DNA of 51,688 bases, counting the filler, from Jimgerdemannia flammicorona (lineage: Eukaryota): the NCBI GenBank assembly GCA_003990765.1. It is 2 parts of 2 records of this genome, joined end to end, with 100 filler letters (N's around TTAATTAATTAA, not from the genome) between each part and the next. Parts side by side here need not be neighbours in the genome. Positions count along the whole stretch, not along the records: positions 25,898 to 51,688 come from RBNJ01000793.1; 1 more part is not named here. One strand, written 5' to 3'. The notes under the pieces were generated by a model that was given only the letters and a program-made list of their open reading frames with translations, was not told where the DNA came from and did not search any database. Of the stretch, positions 50,431 to 51,688 are shown piece by piece; the stretch's first letter is position 1, and each line of letters opens with the position of its first letter. Position numbers and translations under genes: made by a program.

Positions 50431-51688
50431 TGTGACATATGTAATTGACAATGGAGTACCAGTGACTGCTAAGATCAGATGACATAATGGCGTGATAATC
50501 AAATAGACAGCCTCGGCGCTCCTTTCTCTGCTACCTTACTGGTCACAAGGTTTGGTAGGTGACCTTCCGAGTCCCCTTTCCCCTAATATTACCCCCCCCT
50601 CTACCTCGGGTTGGTTTGCTGTATCTGTAGGGGCATGGTGGGAGGAGGGCAATGGTGATGAGTTGCCCCTTTATTGGTGTTGGATCGGTACTTCCTTCAC
50701 TTTTTTGTGGATTCTGGTGCCTTCAGCTGCATCTGGGGTGTACCCGTTTTGGTGCGGTGCCTTCTTCCTTTTGCCGTTGCCAACAAGGAGTTGTCTCGGT
50801 GTGTCTCGAGCTACGTAGGGAGTCGGCCGACCTTGGGCGTCAAGTGCTCAGTGTGGGTTACCTGCAGGTCCTCGGTGCCTGTGGTGGGGCCCTCTGGCTT
50901 TGGCAAGCTTTCCGGCGAGTGCAGTTCTGGCATAGGTGACTGCTTTTTGGGTGTTGTCAGGATGGGAGGGGAGATGGCTGTCACAGATAAGTGGAAGGGG
51001 GATTACAGTGAACCAGTAGGGTGCCAGGCTGGGGGCGGTCGTCGGGGCTGGGGCAGGTGTTGCTTCAGTGGGGCCTTTTGATTGGTGTGGCATGGTTAGG
51101 TGGTAGGTGTCACTATCAGCTTCTTTTGGCATTCAGCAGAGTTGGGCCCCAGTCGTCAGGGGGGGTCAGGAGGCCTGAGGCTACCCATTTCAGGTGTCTT
51201 GGCTACACTCAACTGGAACCAGGAGCTGACACGGCAATGTGATCAAGGCCCACAGGCTTGAGTAGTGGGGTATTGGGGGTTTTCTCCCACCTCACGTATA
51301 AGTCCTTTACTCACCTCATCTGGGAGAACCAGGCCCTACCCACCGTGTTGTGCTTTGATGAGGGTTTTTCTTTACCTGTCATTCTCTTTGGGGTAGCAGG
51401 GGCTATTCTATTTGGCTCGGGCATGGCCTTGTACATACATTGGGTTCTCAGGCATGCACTTTCGGTCGTTGGCATATGGTTGGGTTTCCCCTGATGGTAG
51501 GGAGAGCATGGTGCACAGAATGAGGTGTGGGCTTATTAGCCCTGCTATGTCTGGCATGGTTGAGCTGCTGGACAATAGCTAGCCTAGGTTAATGGGGGGG
51601 CAGTGCTTGGTGGGTGGTGGGGGAGGGTTTTGGCCTATATAGTCTAGGTTCCCTTCCAATAAAAATCCGCAGGACATGAGTCCGTAAA
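50431..51688 (-). mobile_element. Unclassified GC-rich element end (possible long LTR), continues beyond the window
   Basis: Abrupt start TGTGAC after a (TA)n run, GC jump; minus-strand TATA-like (~51635) and AATAAA (~50670). Confidence 0.35.

Overview
Eukaryotic, most likely fungal, repeat-rich window made almost entirely of nested, decayed retrotransposons around one ~4.9-kb non-repetitive island. From left to right: an L1/Tx1-type LINE (minus, 1-5670); a Ty3/Gypsy chromovirus family 'A' with ~2.05-kb LTRs (one 5'-truncated copy 5761-14129, one full-length copy 14436-24801 with TAGCC target-site duplication, and a third inverted LTR at 25554 running into an assembly gap), all three abutting or interrupting a second LINE copy; Gypsy family 'B' (gag plus LTR, and a solo LTR); AT-rich Ty1/Copia relics; a CpG-retaining island (~34700-39600) with a spliced 60-aa Hva1/DUF2945 Tudor-like gene; Gypsy family 'C' (minus); a Ngaro/DIRS-type tyrosine-recombinase retrotransposon with split direct repeats; and unclassified repeats. 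Repeats carry heavy C->T/G->A transition damage. The main observation: the LTRs (U3 region, upstream of the main TATA box) of all three Gypsy families each contain a sense-strand ORF, and the three reconstructed proteins share a gap-free ~30-38 aa motif by manual alignment, suggesting an undescribed family of LTR-encoded accessory proteins. Families A and C also carry dUTPase genes at two different polyprotein positions. All alignments and translations were done by eye; no database searches were run.
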